A stretch of DNA of 64,000 bases, taken from contig CADCDY010000003.1 in the NCBI GenBank assembly GCA_902800245.1, positions 27,534 through 91,533 on the forward strand, in the 5' to 3' direction. Below the pieces are notes generated by a model. That model made no database searches and had not been told where the DNA came from. It worked only from the letters and a program-made list of their open reading frames with translations. Source of the DNA: an uncultured Prevotellaceae bacterium. GTDB lineage: Bacteria; Bacteroidota; Bacteroidia; Bacteroidales; Bacteroidaceae. How positions within the stretch are numbered: the first letter of the stretch is position 1; the number at the start of each line of letters is the position of its first letter. Made by a program: the position numbers and the translations under genes. This document shows, piece after piece, positions 35,301 to 43,349 of the stretch.

Positions 35301-38042
35301 ATTACCTCCGAAACCGCTGATTCCATTCAGCGTGAGTGAGCCGGGTTGTGCGTCGTAGGTTTTAATGAATTGCAGTTCGGGAGGGGTGACCTGAGTGGGG
35401 TCTTGACCGATGCCTGGACCGCTATAACAAATAGCACCACAGCCTCCACCGCCTTTTACAGTATTGTCACCATTCAGGGAGATAGCGAATAGCTCTCGTG
35501 TGCCCGAATAAGTAATACCCCATTCCTCTGTATCAGGTATAATCGTTGCATTGTTCAGCAAAAGCGTATTCGTATCATATTCGTAACTCACCGTACCGTC
35601 GCCAAGAACGTCGTCTTTATTTGCGTCAGTAACCGTTGTTCCTGCTATCTTGATATCATAGGTCTCACTATAATCGGCAATGGTAACTGACGTTGCATTC
35701 AACATGTCGTCCATCGAAGTGGGAGAAGTCAATCGCATGGGGGTAGTAATAGTGATGTTGTCAAGAGCATAGCCGGCAATAGCCTTGTTGGGAATATTTT
35801 CATTGCTACCATAGGCTGTCAACGTGAGAGAAGTCAGATCTGAATCTGCATCCTTGACGAAAGTCAGCGTAGCCTGTTCATTCTTACCAGTATAGGAAAT
35901 GGCGGCGCCTGACTCTGAATAAATCAGGTTCTCACCATTGACCTTGATGGTCAGAGCATCCAACTGACTCTCTATGCCAAACGGCAACTCTCCGACTTCG
36001 CTGACGGTCAGTGTGTTATTCGCAGCATCAAATGACATTGTACCGTCATAGTCACTAAGGATATCTTCTGAATTGGCCGAAGTCACCCGATTTCCACCTA
36101 CCCACAGATTGTATGATTCACCGATAACTACTGTGTTCTCATTGCCGTCATTTCCTGTCAAACTACCTGATATCACGTCCAAAGGTTGAACGATGTTCAC
36201 TGTTACGTTGCCATCATAAAAATTACCATCGTCAGTATAAGGCTGAGACATTGTCAAGCCACCCTTTGTTGCGCCTGTAGATTGGATCTTGATTGTCACT
36301 TCAGCATCATATAAGCTGCGGAGTACTGGGTAGCTACCCACCTCAGTAAGTTTGTTACAACCAACCAGTTCAACCTTCAGCTCGGGGAGCCATGTGCTGA
36401 GAGCGCCTTTATTGGCACCATTCAGCGTCAATGTATTCGTAGTCTTATCAAAGCTTACCGTTCCGTCTTCAAACACATCAGCTGCATTGCCTGCATAAAT
36501 CTGAATATCGCCAACTTGAACACCGTAAGAAGGTACAAGCTGAGCATTATGAACTTCGCCAGCCGTGAAATAAGATGTATTGGAAGTATAATTACCATAT
36601 CTCAACATAACCAGCGCGAGTTCCTTGCTGATAGTGTAGTAACTAGTATTATTAGAATAAAAGTTCTCACTAATCACGCCATAATAATTCTCTTCGTCAG
36701 TATCCGTCAAAGTCAGGTTTCCTACTACGTCGCTGGTCGACTTAAAGGTCAGCGAAGGCACAAAATTTGCGGCGATATTCTGAATACAAGTAGTATCCGT
36801 AGTAATGGTGTTGGCACCCTGAACGTCAATAACCAGATTAGGCAAGCCAACCTTCACAGGAACGGTCAGCGTAGCACTATTCAGCGTCAGCGTATCGGTT
36901 GGCGCTGCATCCAGACCTTCACCTTTAGTGAATGACACCTTACCATCGCCGAGCACGTCGGCTGCATTGGCACTTGTCACCTGAGTTTCACCAATCCACA
37001 AGTCATACGCCGTGTGTGATGTGATGGTGGCGTGAGTAACTGGAAGAGTTGATTGTGACTGAGAATCATAATAACCTAATCCGGAGAATTGATAATCATA
37101 GTTTACACCTTCTACATCAGTAACCAAAGCGAGGTTCGTGTAATAAAGACCGCCGAACTTTGTTGAGATGACGGTGACACCAGTAGAATTTAATTCAAGC
37201 GAACATTCGCCCTCACCTGCCTTAACAAACGTAATGGTTGGTCCGGGAATACCCTGTGTCTCCGACTTTAGAGCGGAATTTGCACCAGCATTGATGATGT
37301 TCTCGCCTTTCACGTTAATGGTCAGGTTATTCTCATTCGTCACCACGATGCTACCAGCAATCGTAGCACCTTCCAGTGTCAGGGCATGCTGCGTAGCGTT
37401 ATATGTCACTGTTCCAGTAATGCCATCGCCGGTAATCCCGCCGGCATTCTGACTGGTTACCGGTGTTCCAGCTACGGTAATGTTATAGTTCGTTTGAGAA
37501 GCCTGGATCGTATAGGTATTTCCATTTTGTATCAGTTCGAGTCCATTGTTGTAGGTTGCATTCATTGATTGTGAAGTCGGATTATAAATGAACAAAGCCC
37601 CACCCCAATTATCTCCAGGATTAATGGTCAGCGTTCCTGGCTCGGATGCGTCTGTCGTGAACGTAATACCCCATCCATTGAAAAAACATGCCTTGTTTCC
37701 TAAGGCCAGGGTGTTATCTCCAACCAAACGTACCGTAATGGTTGGATGATCCTGATCTACCAGTGCTAAAAAAGCTGTATAGGAAACATCTGAAGTAAAC
37801 GACAAATCAATACCGTTGAGCGTCAGGACGTTGTTGGTGGCATCATAGGTTATCTTATGACTACCGTCCCCTAATACATCTGTAGCGGTTTCATCGGTAA
37901 CCCAATATGAGCCGCTAGTGGTATTAATGCCGAAATAACTGTCTGCCCATGCGCTGAGCGGCATAAGCAGCATTGCAAACAAGACGGAAAGCAGTCTGAG
38001 CCTTCGCGTCAGGTTTTGTTGGTTAAATAATCTTTTGTTCAT
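32376..38042 (-). CDS. 1888-aa secreted repeat surface protein with a T9SS-type C-terminal domain
   Basis: Sec signal (SAWA), about 9 repeats starting YxLxVxGxxVTxxNxxDV.GDG.VS....NTLTLN, and C-terminal WYTLTGARL...GLYIYNGRTVVVK. Confidence 0.87.
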   Translation of the reverse strand: MNKRLFNQQNLTRRLRLLSVLFAMLLMPLSAWADSYFGINTTSGSYWVTDETATDVLGDGSHKITYDATNNVLTLNGIDLSFTSDVSYTAFLALVDQDHPTITVRLVGDNTLALGNKACFFNGWGITFTTDASEPGTLTINPGDNWGGALFIYNPTSQSMNATYNNGLELIQNGNTYTIQASQTNYNITVAGTPVTSQNAGGITGDGITGTVTYNATQHALTLEGATIAGSIVVTNENNLTINVKGENIINAGANSALKSETQGIPGPTITFVKAGEGECSLELNSTGVTVISTKFGGLYYTNLALVTDVEGVNYDYQFSGLGYYDSQSQSTLPVTHATITSHTAYDLWIGETQVTSANAADVLGDGKVSFTKGEGLDAAPTDTLTLNSATLTVPVKVGLPNLVIDVQGANTITTDTTCIQNIAANFVPSLTFKSTSDVVGNLTLTDTDEENYYGVISENFYSNNTSYYTISKELALVMLRYGNYTSNTSYFTAGEVHNAQLVPSYGVQVGDIQIYAGNAADVFEDGTVSFDKTTNTLTLNGANKGALSTWLPELKVELVGCNKLTEVGSYPVLRSLYDAEVTIKIQSTGATKGGLTMSQPYTDDGNFYDGNVTVNIVQPLDVISGSLTGNDGNENTVVIGESYNLWVGGNRVTSANSEDILSDYDGTMSFDAANNTLTVSEVGELPFGIESQLDALTIKVNGENLIYSESGAAISYTGKNEQATLTFVKDADSDLTSLTLTAYGSNENIPNKAIAGYALDNITITTPMRLTSPTSMDDMLNATSVTIADYSETYDIKIAGTTVTDANKDDVLGDGTVSYEYDTNTLLLNNATIIPDTEEWGITYSGTRELFAISLNGDNTVKGGGGCGAICYSGPGIGQDPTQVTPPELQFIKTYDAQPGSLTLNGISGFGGNISFEDNLVAVGDLTKYNQLTYIEIGYRVWVDGDQLSEHNTVSGMTFSPSNHTLSLSGIVSSKNILTSLESLTVRITGTNKLGTIGFDGDDGDDEEEGTLTFVKNDQSTAPENSLTLENEDGGGAIYGFTEVNIQSPLMLKTPATESGNVNWDETPKVVISDVTEVINYDLTVAGTPVTSKNAANVQGDDISGTVSYANGVLTLNEASLASGITSGLDQLKIVLAGTNSIAGEITGTTGTLYFAADAADAKLTFTTTEENAVSGFSEVKYLNGLRMKSVAGGYDVSIPSDYNLMVGGKAITSDNRRDVFGDGGSVIYDGEYTLILTNAELTQKIELGSDNTLDQLYIHLAGQENTITSADNVIVANAKSNIELHFVTNGNSPGKLVYTSTNASNPTLEDAFTGFSKVSFDNELEAILSGKTITFAQKIEPIINADPTSGKSSNANVDLTDANTEMEQYNTPGANLNNMIVGDILFTLNDDGTKDSPDGYDGSNVVINSEVSDEDLAAAMNLEPGSDAFNEKFTGLTFKLPASTGTISIEAWSLNGHQMCVKIGDQTATYITLTDTPTTYDIDYTCSSDTYVYIYLPQPSSSSAPRHVRGRIGPKSGVSGGLGNISVSSNSLVSSSSSQPSSNYMLLDKMAADAVIASVIPGEGLAFNDASITDLEDDMFLAGGVSGAQRRSAPTLKISSDLPFIDMRGTSIKNMEVSRSSGPFNGVPENVFIYMPEGNTTSEKNVVIGDVCDRMELKAELPGSGVNEAKPFKVSKNFTAAQATLMRTFAAGGDDSKATIYLPYAIPQETANQLGQFFKFDGIDGDVVKMTKVSGGLKANMPYIFQAKEGGVVNPEVKIVTVQGSPAETEGFKGVYEQTSCGGDNWYGYAAEEVDGATVGQFVKLGTGASIAPFRAYMVADGGVPSYAIRWGGVDDETTAIEEPEIKTVNERKPVEGWYTLTGARLMGQPTKPGLYIYNGRTVVVK

Positions 38043-38122
38043 AATGTTATTATTGATTTAATTTGTTAATTTTTCTGATTTTATCAGTTTATGCTTGCTT
38101 ATGAAGTTTACACTTCTCGCTG

Positions 38123-38154
38123 CAAAGATACGAAGTTTCTGCGACATAACCAAA
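38123..38154 (-). promoter_or_regulatory. Promoter of the T9SS-cargo cluster
   Basis: TTTG (38151-38154), a 20-nt spacer, then TATCTTTG (38123-38130) on the minus strand. Confidence 0.75.
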
Positions 38155-38184
38155 GGTTATGCCGATTTATTTTTCTTTTTTTGC

Positions 38185-38606
38185 AAAATCCTCCGCCAGA
38201 TGGATTAAGCCGCTGATTGACAGAAAGATAATGGCGGAGAATTTTTGAGCAACGGAGGTAATTGCAATGAGGTCGCACCTAAGCCGTCGTGAGACCGGAC
38301 TTAAGCAGTAATAAGGCCGTACTTAATGAATCTGCCACTTAAGTGGTAGATAGCTAGGACTAAAGTGCTACGATGCTGCTACTATAGTGGTAGCATCCTA
38401 GGACTTAAGTGGCAGATTAAAGAACAGGGACTTAACCGGCGCTTAAGTCCGGCCTAAAAAGCAGGGAGCGGCGAGCAAAGAGAAAAGAGAAAAGAGCGGA
38501 GAGCAAAGAGCAGGGAACTGGGAGCAGAGAGCAGGGATAACAAAAAAATCCTCCGCCATCATTCTGCTGTCTATCAGGCAGTTAGAATAGGTGGCGGAGG
38601 ATTTTT
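38185..38606. repeat. Composite REP/MITE-like palindromic element
   Basis: Two inverted ~62-bp hairpin units (38185-38246 and 38543-38606) flank a nested palindrome with 22-bp-spaced ACTTAAG-like motifs (38277-38455) and an 11-unit heptamer array (38461-38537). Confidence 0.8.
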
Positions 38607-38637
38607 ACCTTTTTTACTTTTCTTGGTAATTTCGGTC

Positions 38638-39552
38638 TTAGATGGGCAGTGAAAGCACGAAGCGGGCTCCAGGACCAGCAAAAGCGGTGTCGAGCACGAG
38701 GTCGCCACCGAGACGACGGGCAATGTTGCGGGCTACGGTGAGTCCGATGCCCTGTCCGTCGAAGAACTGGTTGAGCTTCACGTAAGGCTCGAAGACCTTC
38801 TCAGCGTCGTCAGCCTCAATGCCTGAGCCTGTGTCCTCGACGGTGTAGATGGCCTGCATCTTGTCCATATCGACAGTAACGGCAAGCGTGACAGAGCCTT
38901 CGGTGGTGAACTTCAGCGCGTTGTCCAACACGTGAACCAGCGAGCGTGCAGCTTTCTGTAGATTGGTGGACATCATCGTAGCGGCTGCTGCGGGATCCAC
39001 CGTCTGATTGAACTTGATGTACTGAGCCTGGTCGATGCCCGACTGGCGCACAGCCTCTTCGGCAACCTGAGCAACCATGATGTTATCGGTGCGCTCGAAG
39101 GGAGCCTGGTTGGGCTGGATCTCGTCCAGGTCGGAAATCTTGCCAGCCAAAGCTGCCAGCTTCTGGTCGCCTGTAGCCATAAGGTCACTAACGACGTGCT
39201 TCATGGCCTCAGCCTTCTTCTGGGCGTCCAGCTGCAACAGGTTGTTGGCCTCCTGCAACTGCTGGACGGTAGTCTGCAGGGCTTCGTTGGCGGCACGAGC
39301 CTTGTCCTGCTCCTCGTTCATCTTGTCGAAGGCGAGCAGAGCCTGCTCGTAACCTTCGCCGACATTGTCAAAGTTTTTCTCCAGCGCACGATAGTCCTCG
39401 AGCAGCTTCTGCTGTTCGTTGACGCGCTGCTGGTAGTCGTCGAGCAGACGCTGCTGCTCCTCAGCCTGTTTGGCGCTGGCCTTATTCTGTGTGTACAGTG
39501 CGTAAGCCAGCACGATAGCTGCGACTAATGCTACAACAAAAGCGTAAACCAT
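38638..39552 (-). CDS. Membrane-anchored HATPase_c protein lacking a recognisable HisKA H-box (pseudo histidine kinase)
   Basis: N-terminal TM helix and long coiled coil; N box (VLDNALKFT), G1 (EDTGSGI), F (VFEPY) and G2 (GQGIGL) present; no SHExRTPL. Confidence 0.8.
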   Translation of the reverse strand: MVYAFVVALVAAIVLAYALYTQNKASAKQAEEQQRLLDDYQQRVNEQQKLLEDYRALEKNFDNVGEGYEQALLAFDKMNEEQDKARAANEALQTTVQQLQEANNLLQLDAQKKAEAMKHVVSDLMATGDQKLAALAGKISDLDEIQPNQAPFERTDNIMVAQVAEEAVRQSGIDQAQYIKFNQTVDPAAAATMMSTNLQKAARSLVHVLDNALKFTTEGSVTLAVTVDMDKMQAIYTVEDTGSGIEADDAEKVFEPYVKLNQFFDGQGIGLTVARNIARRLGGDLVLDTAFAGPGARFVLSLPI

Positions 39553-39595
39553 AATCTTTAAACGCTAAACTCTAAACACTAATCTCAAAACGCTA

Positions 39596-39904
39596 TCAGG
39601 CCTTTTTCTCGACCTTCATAAACTTAGTGAAACCGGTCATTGCCAGCACCTTATAGATTTCTGGGCTGACATTTGTCATCTTGAACTGACCCTTCTGCTG
39701 CATGACAGTACGCATGGTTTTCTGGATGATACGCAGACCTGAAGAGGCCATATAAGTAAGATCTGAGCAGTCCATTTCGAGATCTACGCCACCGTCAGCC
39801 AGTGCGGGCTGGATGTCTTGTTCGAACTGAGGAGCATTCATTGTGTCAATACGCTCACCTGTCTTAATGATGGTCTTACCACCTTCTTTGATAATCTGTG
39901 TCAT
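39596..39904 (-). CDS. STAS-domain anti-anti-sigma factor (RsbV/SpoIIAA-like)
   Basis: RIDTMNAPQF, MDCSDLTYMASSGLR (phospho-Ser motif) and VLAMTGF. Confidence 0.9.
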   Translation of the reverse strand: MTQIIKEGGKTIIKTGERIDTMNAPQFEQDIQPALADGGVDLEMDCSDLTYMASSGLRIIQKTMRTVMQQKGQFKMTNVSPEIYKVLAMTGFTKFMKVEKKA

Positions 39905-39942
39905 AATTTTTTAATTTTTTAATTATTGAATTTTTTAATGTT

Positions 39943-40356
39943 TTAAACTTGAATGTCTTTTTTCATCGTGAGCAAATTCTTGCCCTCCAGACGCTGATAG
40001 GTTACTTCGTTCATGATGTTCTTGACAATAAAGATGCCCATGCCACCCAGGTCGCGCTCCGCAGGATTGACATCCATATCGGCGCTTTCCTTCATGGTGG
40101 GGTCAAACTCCTTGCCACGATCACTGAGAACGAAGGTAAGTTCCTTTCCGTCCGACTCCGCCAGCAGCTCGATGTCTGCCAATTTGCCTTCAGGATACGC
40201 ATAGGAAATGACGTTGACCACCATTTCCTCCATCACCAGATTAAGGTTCATCTGAAGTTCCAAGTCGAGCCCCAGCTCTTCGCCGATTTCCTCGACGAAC
40301 TGGTTCACTTTCTCCAGCTCGCTCATCTGGTTTTTCAGTCTTAGTTCCTTTCTCAT
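39943..40356 (-). CDS. RsbW/SpoIIAB-like anti-sigma Ser kinase (HATPase_c)
   Basis: LVMEEMVVNVISYAY, DRGKEFDP, GGMGIFIVK and Y-R...N-L motifs. Confidence 0.9.
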   Translation of the reverse strand: MRKELRLKNQMSELEKVNQFVEEIGEELGLDLELQMNLNLVMEEMVVNVISYAYPEGKLADIELLAESDGKELTFVLSDRGKEFDPTMKESADMDVNPAERDLGGMGIFIVKNIMNEVTYQRLEGKNLLTMKKDIQV

Positions 40357-40373
40357 AATCCTATAGTTTATTT

Positions 40374-42404
40374 TCAGTTATTCTCTTCTTTGATAAACTT
40401 CACACAAATCATGGTGAGGTCGTCGTTCGGCTCTGCACCGTCACGATGTTTCTCAACCTCTGCACGCAGCATCTCGACAGTCTGCTCACAGCTTTCGAAA
40501 GGCACAGTCTCCATCAATTCCAGGATGCGCTCGTCGGAGAACTGTTCCTGCTGACGGTTCTCGGCCTCATTGAGTCCGTCGGTATAGACGAACAGCGGGC
40601 AGTTGGTAATATCCGCTATCTCTTCACCCTCGTAATCGAGCTCGGGAATGATTCCCACGGGGGCGTTAGGTATCATATCAATGAATTCGGGCTTGCCATT
40701 ACGCAGGAGTACAGGGGGATTATGGCCTGCATTACAGAAGTCCAGATGACCAGTCTCGAGGTCGAGCAAGCCTAGGAACATCGTCACGAACATACCCGTC
40801 TCGTTGTCCTCGCCCGACAGGGCGTTGTTGATGCGCGTGGCAATCTCGGCAGGTTTCATCTCCTGGGCTGCCAGCGTACAGAACAGTCGTGTGGCCTGAG
40901 CCATAAACAGTGAGGCCGGCACACCCTTGCCCGATACGTCGCCCAGGCAGAAGTACAGCTTGTCGCTCTTGCCCTCCTCGTTGCTCTCTGCCAGATAATA
41001 GCCGTAAAGGTCGCCACCAACCTCCTTCGCCGGCGTCATAGAACCGTAGAGGTCGAGGTCGGGACGGCTCGGGAACGTGCGCGGCACCATGCCCATCTGG
41101 ATGTTTCGGGCGATACGCAGGTCGCTCTCGATACGCTCCTTGGCGGTCGTCGTCTCCTCCAGCTGGTCGTAGGCGGTGAGGAGTTCCTCGTGGGTAGCCT
41201 GCAGCTGGTCGTGGGCTTTCTTCAAGCGCCGTGCAGCAATGATGCGGAACACGACGAATATCACCAAACCCACAAGAATCAGTCCAATAATGATGAGCAT
41301 GTTACGGAACTGTGCACGCTCCTGTTGCATCTTCAGTTCGTCAACCTGGAAGATGGTGCTCAACTCATTCAGCTGGTTTTTGGTATCTGCCCTGCTAATG
41401 GAGTCCTTTATCTGATACATATCATGATAGAGTGCCGACGACTCCTCATAACGGTGCAGTTGGCTAAGTATCGAAGCCCGTTGTGCGGCGACAGTCAGAT
41501 AGACAGCCTTATCCTCGCCAGGCTGGATCAACCTCATACGACGATTATTCAACTCTATTGCTTCGTCCAGACGTCCCTGATTCAGTCGCAGTTGAGCCTG
41601 AGTGTTGAGCCAAGCCATTGCTTCGTATCCTTGATCAAAAAACAACAGCGTCTTCGCATGTTGCAAAGTCTGTTCTGCATCATCCAAACGGTTCTGGCCC
41701 AAGGCTGACTGAGCGCAAGCAATATCGTAGTAGAACCAAAGCATGTCTTGATTTTCCTTTCTGAACTGCTTGTTTTCGAGCAGGAATTTTTCGAGAAAAG
41801 ACTTCCATCCGACAGTCAGTTGTTGCAGCTCATCATATTTACCCAACTCGTTAAGCACGTCACCCAGATAAGAGTACAGTTCAGGGGTCGGGGAAGGATA
41901 TGGCGAAATAGTCAGCATGAGGTCAAGGCCTTTCTGATAAGCATTTTTACTCTCCTCGAGGTTGTTCATATTCAGATAGACATTACCCATCGCGTAATAG
42001 GCAATGGCCAAAGGATAGGTCTGATTACTCTCCTTAGCCTCATCGTACATCTGCTGCACCTCTCGGAGGGCAAGATTTTTCTGGTTATTATAATATATTA
42101 AGGTATTGATATAATAAGTCCACAATTCGTAATAACAGTCCCACTGCTCAAGTCGTGCCAGTGTTTTCTTATCCTCTTCAAAATGAGCACTGACAGAGTC
42201 TTTCTTACCCTGATTATAGAAAGTTACCATGCGAGCCACCAACGACTTAGCCAGTTCTTCCTTGTAGTTATCCTTACTGGCACGCATGATTTTCTTGTTC
42301 AGTTCCGGGACGATATCCTGACCGGCAGCACGAGTCCCGAGAGGCATCAGGATGCTTCCCCAGAGACAGATGGTTATGGTCAGTATCGCTCTTAACATAC
42401 GCAT
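40374..42404 (-). CDS. SpoIIE/RsbU-family PP2C phosphatase with a TPR-like periplasmic sensor
   Basis: Signal peptide, TPR-like helices, TM helix, coiled coil, then ARNIQ, EVGGDLY, GDVSGKG, NAGHNPP, YTDGLNEA and NDDLT. Confidence 0.92.
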   Translation of the reverse strand: MRMLRAILTITICLWGSILMPLGTRAAGQDIVPELNKKIMRASKDNYKEELAKSLVARMVTFYNQGKKDSVSAHFEEDKKTLARLEQWDCYYELWTYYINTLIYYNNQKNLALREVQQMYDEAKESNQTYPLAIAYYAMGNVYLNMNNLEESKNAYQKGLDLMLTISPYPSPTPELYSYLGDVLNELGKYDELQQLTVGWKSFLEKFLLENKQFRKENQDMLWFYYDIACAQSALGQNRLDDAEQTLQHAKTLLFFDQGYEAMAWLNTQAQLRLNQGRLDEAIELNNRRMRLIQPGEDKAVYLTVAAQRASILSQLHRYEESSALYHDMYQIKDSISRADTKNQLNELSTIFQVDELKMQQERAQFRNMLIIIGLILVGLVIFVVFRIIAARRLKKAHDQLQATHEELLTAYDQLEETTTAKERIESDLRIARNIQMGMVPRTFPSRPDLDLYGSMTPAKEVGGDLYGYYLAESNEEGKSDKLYFCLGDVSGKGVPASLFMAQATRLFCTLAAQEMKPAEIATRINNALSGEDNETGMFVTMFLGLLDLETGHLDFCNAGHNPPVLLRNGKPEFIDMIPNAPVGIIPELDYEGEEIADITNCPLFVYTDGLNEAENRQQEQFSDERILELMETVPFESCEQTVEMLRAEVEKHRDGAEPNDDLTMICVKFIKEENN

Positions 42405-42410
42405 AATGGT

Positions 42411-43295
42411 TCAGACGATGACTCTCGTCTTATGATAATTCTCGCGGAACTCTGAAGGCGAACAGCCTTTCTTCTTCTTGAAGATGCGGTTGAAGTTGCT
42501 CAGATTGTTGAATCCGCTCTGGAAACTGATTTCGGCAATGCTCCTGGCAGTGTCGACGAGCATACGGCTGGCATAGCCCAGACGCATCTCGATAATATAA
42601 TCGCTCAGATTACGGCCCGTATGCAGCTTGAAGAAGCGGCTGAAGGCCGAAGGACTCATACCCGCAATGTCAGCCAGCGTGTTCAGGCGGATTTCGTCCA
42701 TATAGTTCTTGGCGATATAGTTCTTCACTTTCAGCACACGGCGCGAGTCGCTCTCCACCTCGACCTTGGCATAGCTCGAAGTAGCTAGCGTGCGGGCACC
42801 CTCGCAACGCGAAAGCTCGTAGAGGATGGTCAGGAAGTGCATCACAGCATAGAAGCCGTCCTTCACACTGCTGAGCGTGTCGAGCTGCTGATAGACGCGC
42901 ATGATGGCATCCATGGGGAACGACAGGCCCTTGCGGGCTTCATTCAGCATTTTCCGCAGGCTGTGGAAGGGGTTCCGCGAGAGGAATCCGTCGTCGCTCA
43001 AGTCCAAATAGAACTGGACGGTAATCTCGCGGATGTCGTCGCTGGTACAGGTATTCTGTTCCCAGACGTGCTCCAGGTCAGGACTGGTAATGAGCACGAG
43101 GTCGTAGTCGCCAATGACCTCGTTAGAGTCGCCAACGATACGCCGCACACCGGCAGCGTGCTCAACAAAATTGAGCTCGAACACCTCGTGGTTGTGGATG
43201 GGATAGGTGAACTCCTTCTTCCTGCGGTCGGCAATATAGAGGGCGTCCTTACCCATCAGCGGGGTGATTTCGTGGATGACTCGTGACTCTTCCAT
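42411..43295 (-). CDS. AraC family transcriptional regulator (cupin plus HTH)
   Basis: YPIHNHEVFEL cupin; SPSAFSRFFK and SGFNNLSNFNRIFKK...SPSEFR. Confidence 0.92.
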   Translation of the reverse strand: MEESRVIHEITPLMGKDALYIADRRKKEFTYPIHNHEVFELNFVEHAAGVRRIVGDSNEVIGDYDLVLITSPDLEHVWEQNTCTSDDIREITVQFYLDLSDDGFLSRNPFHSLRKMLNEARKGLSFPMDAIMRVYQQLDTLSSVKDGFYAVMHFLTILYELSRCEGARTLATSSYAKVEVESDSRRVLKVKNYIAKNYMDEIRLNTLADIAGMSPSAFSRFFKLHTGRNLSDYIIEMRLGYASRMLVDTARSIAEISFQSGFNNLSNFNRIFKKKKGCSPSEFRENYHKTRVIV

Positions 43296-43304
43296 TGTTT
43301 TTTT

Positions 43305-43349
43305 TCTAGTTAATCTAGATATTCTAGATATTCTAGAGATTCTAGATTT
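43305..43349. repeat. 9-mer array (TCTAGNNNN)x5
   Basis: tctagttaa tctagatat tctagatat tctagagat tctagattt; the last unit contains the dapA stop codon. Confidence 0.9.

Noticed and set aside
25946-38042. Diversity-generating retroelement or shufflon acting on the surface proteins
   Set aside because: There is no reverse transcriptase or recombinase, I saw no near-identical template/variable repeat pair, and the paralog similarity is at the protein level only.
38277-38606. Possible CRISPR array
   Set aside because: There are no identical 25-45-bp repeats separated by unique spacers of constant length, and no cas genes.
25376-38606. tRNA-anchored genomic island or prophage
   Set aside because: The cluster lies on the 5' (promoter) side of the tRNAs. 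I found no integrase, phage gene or duplicated tRNA 3' end.
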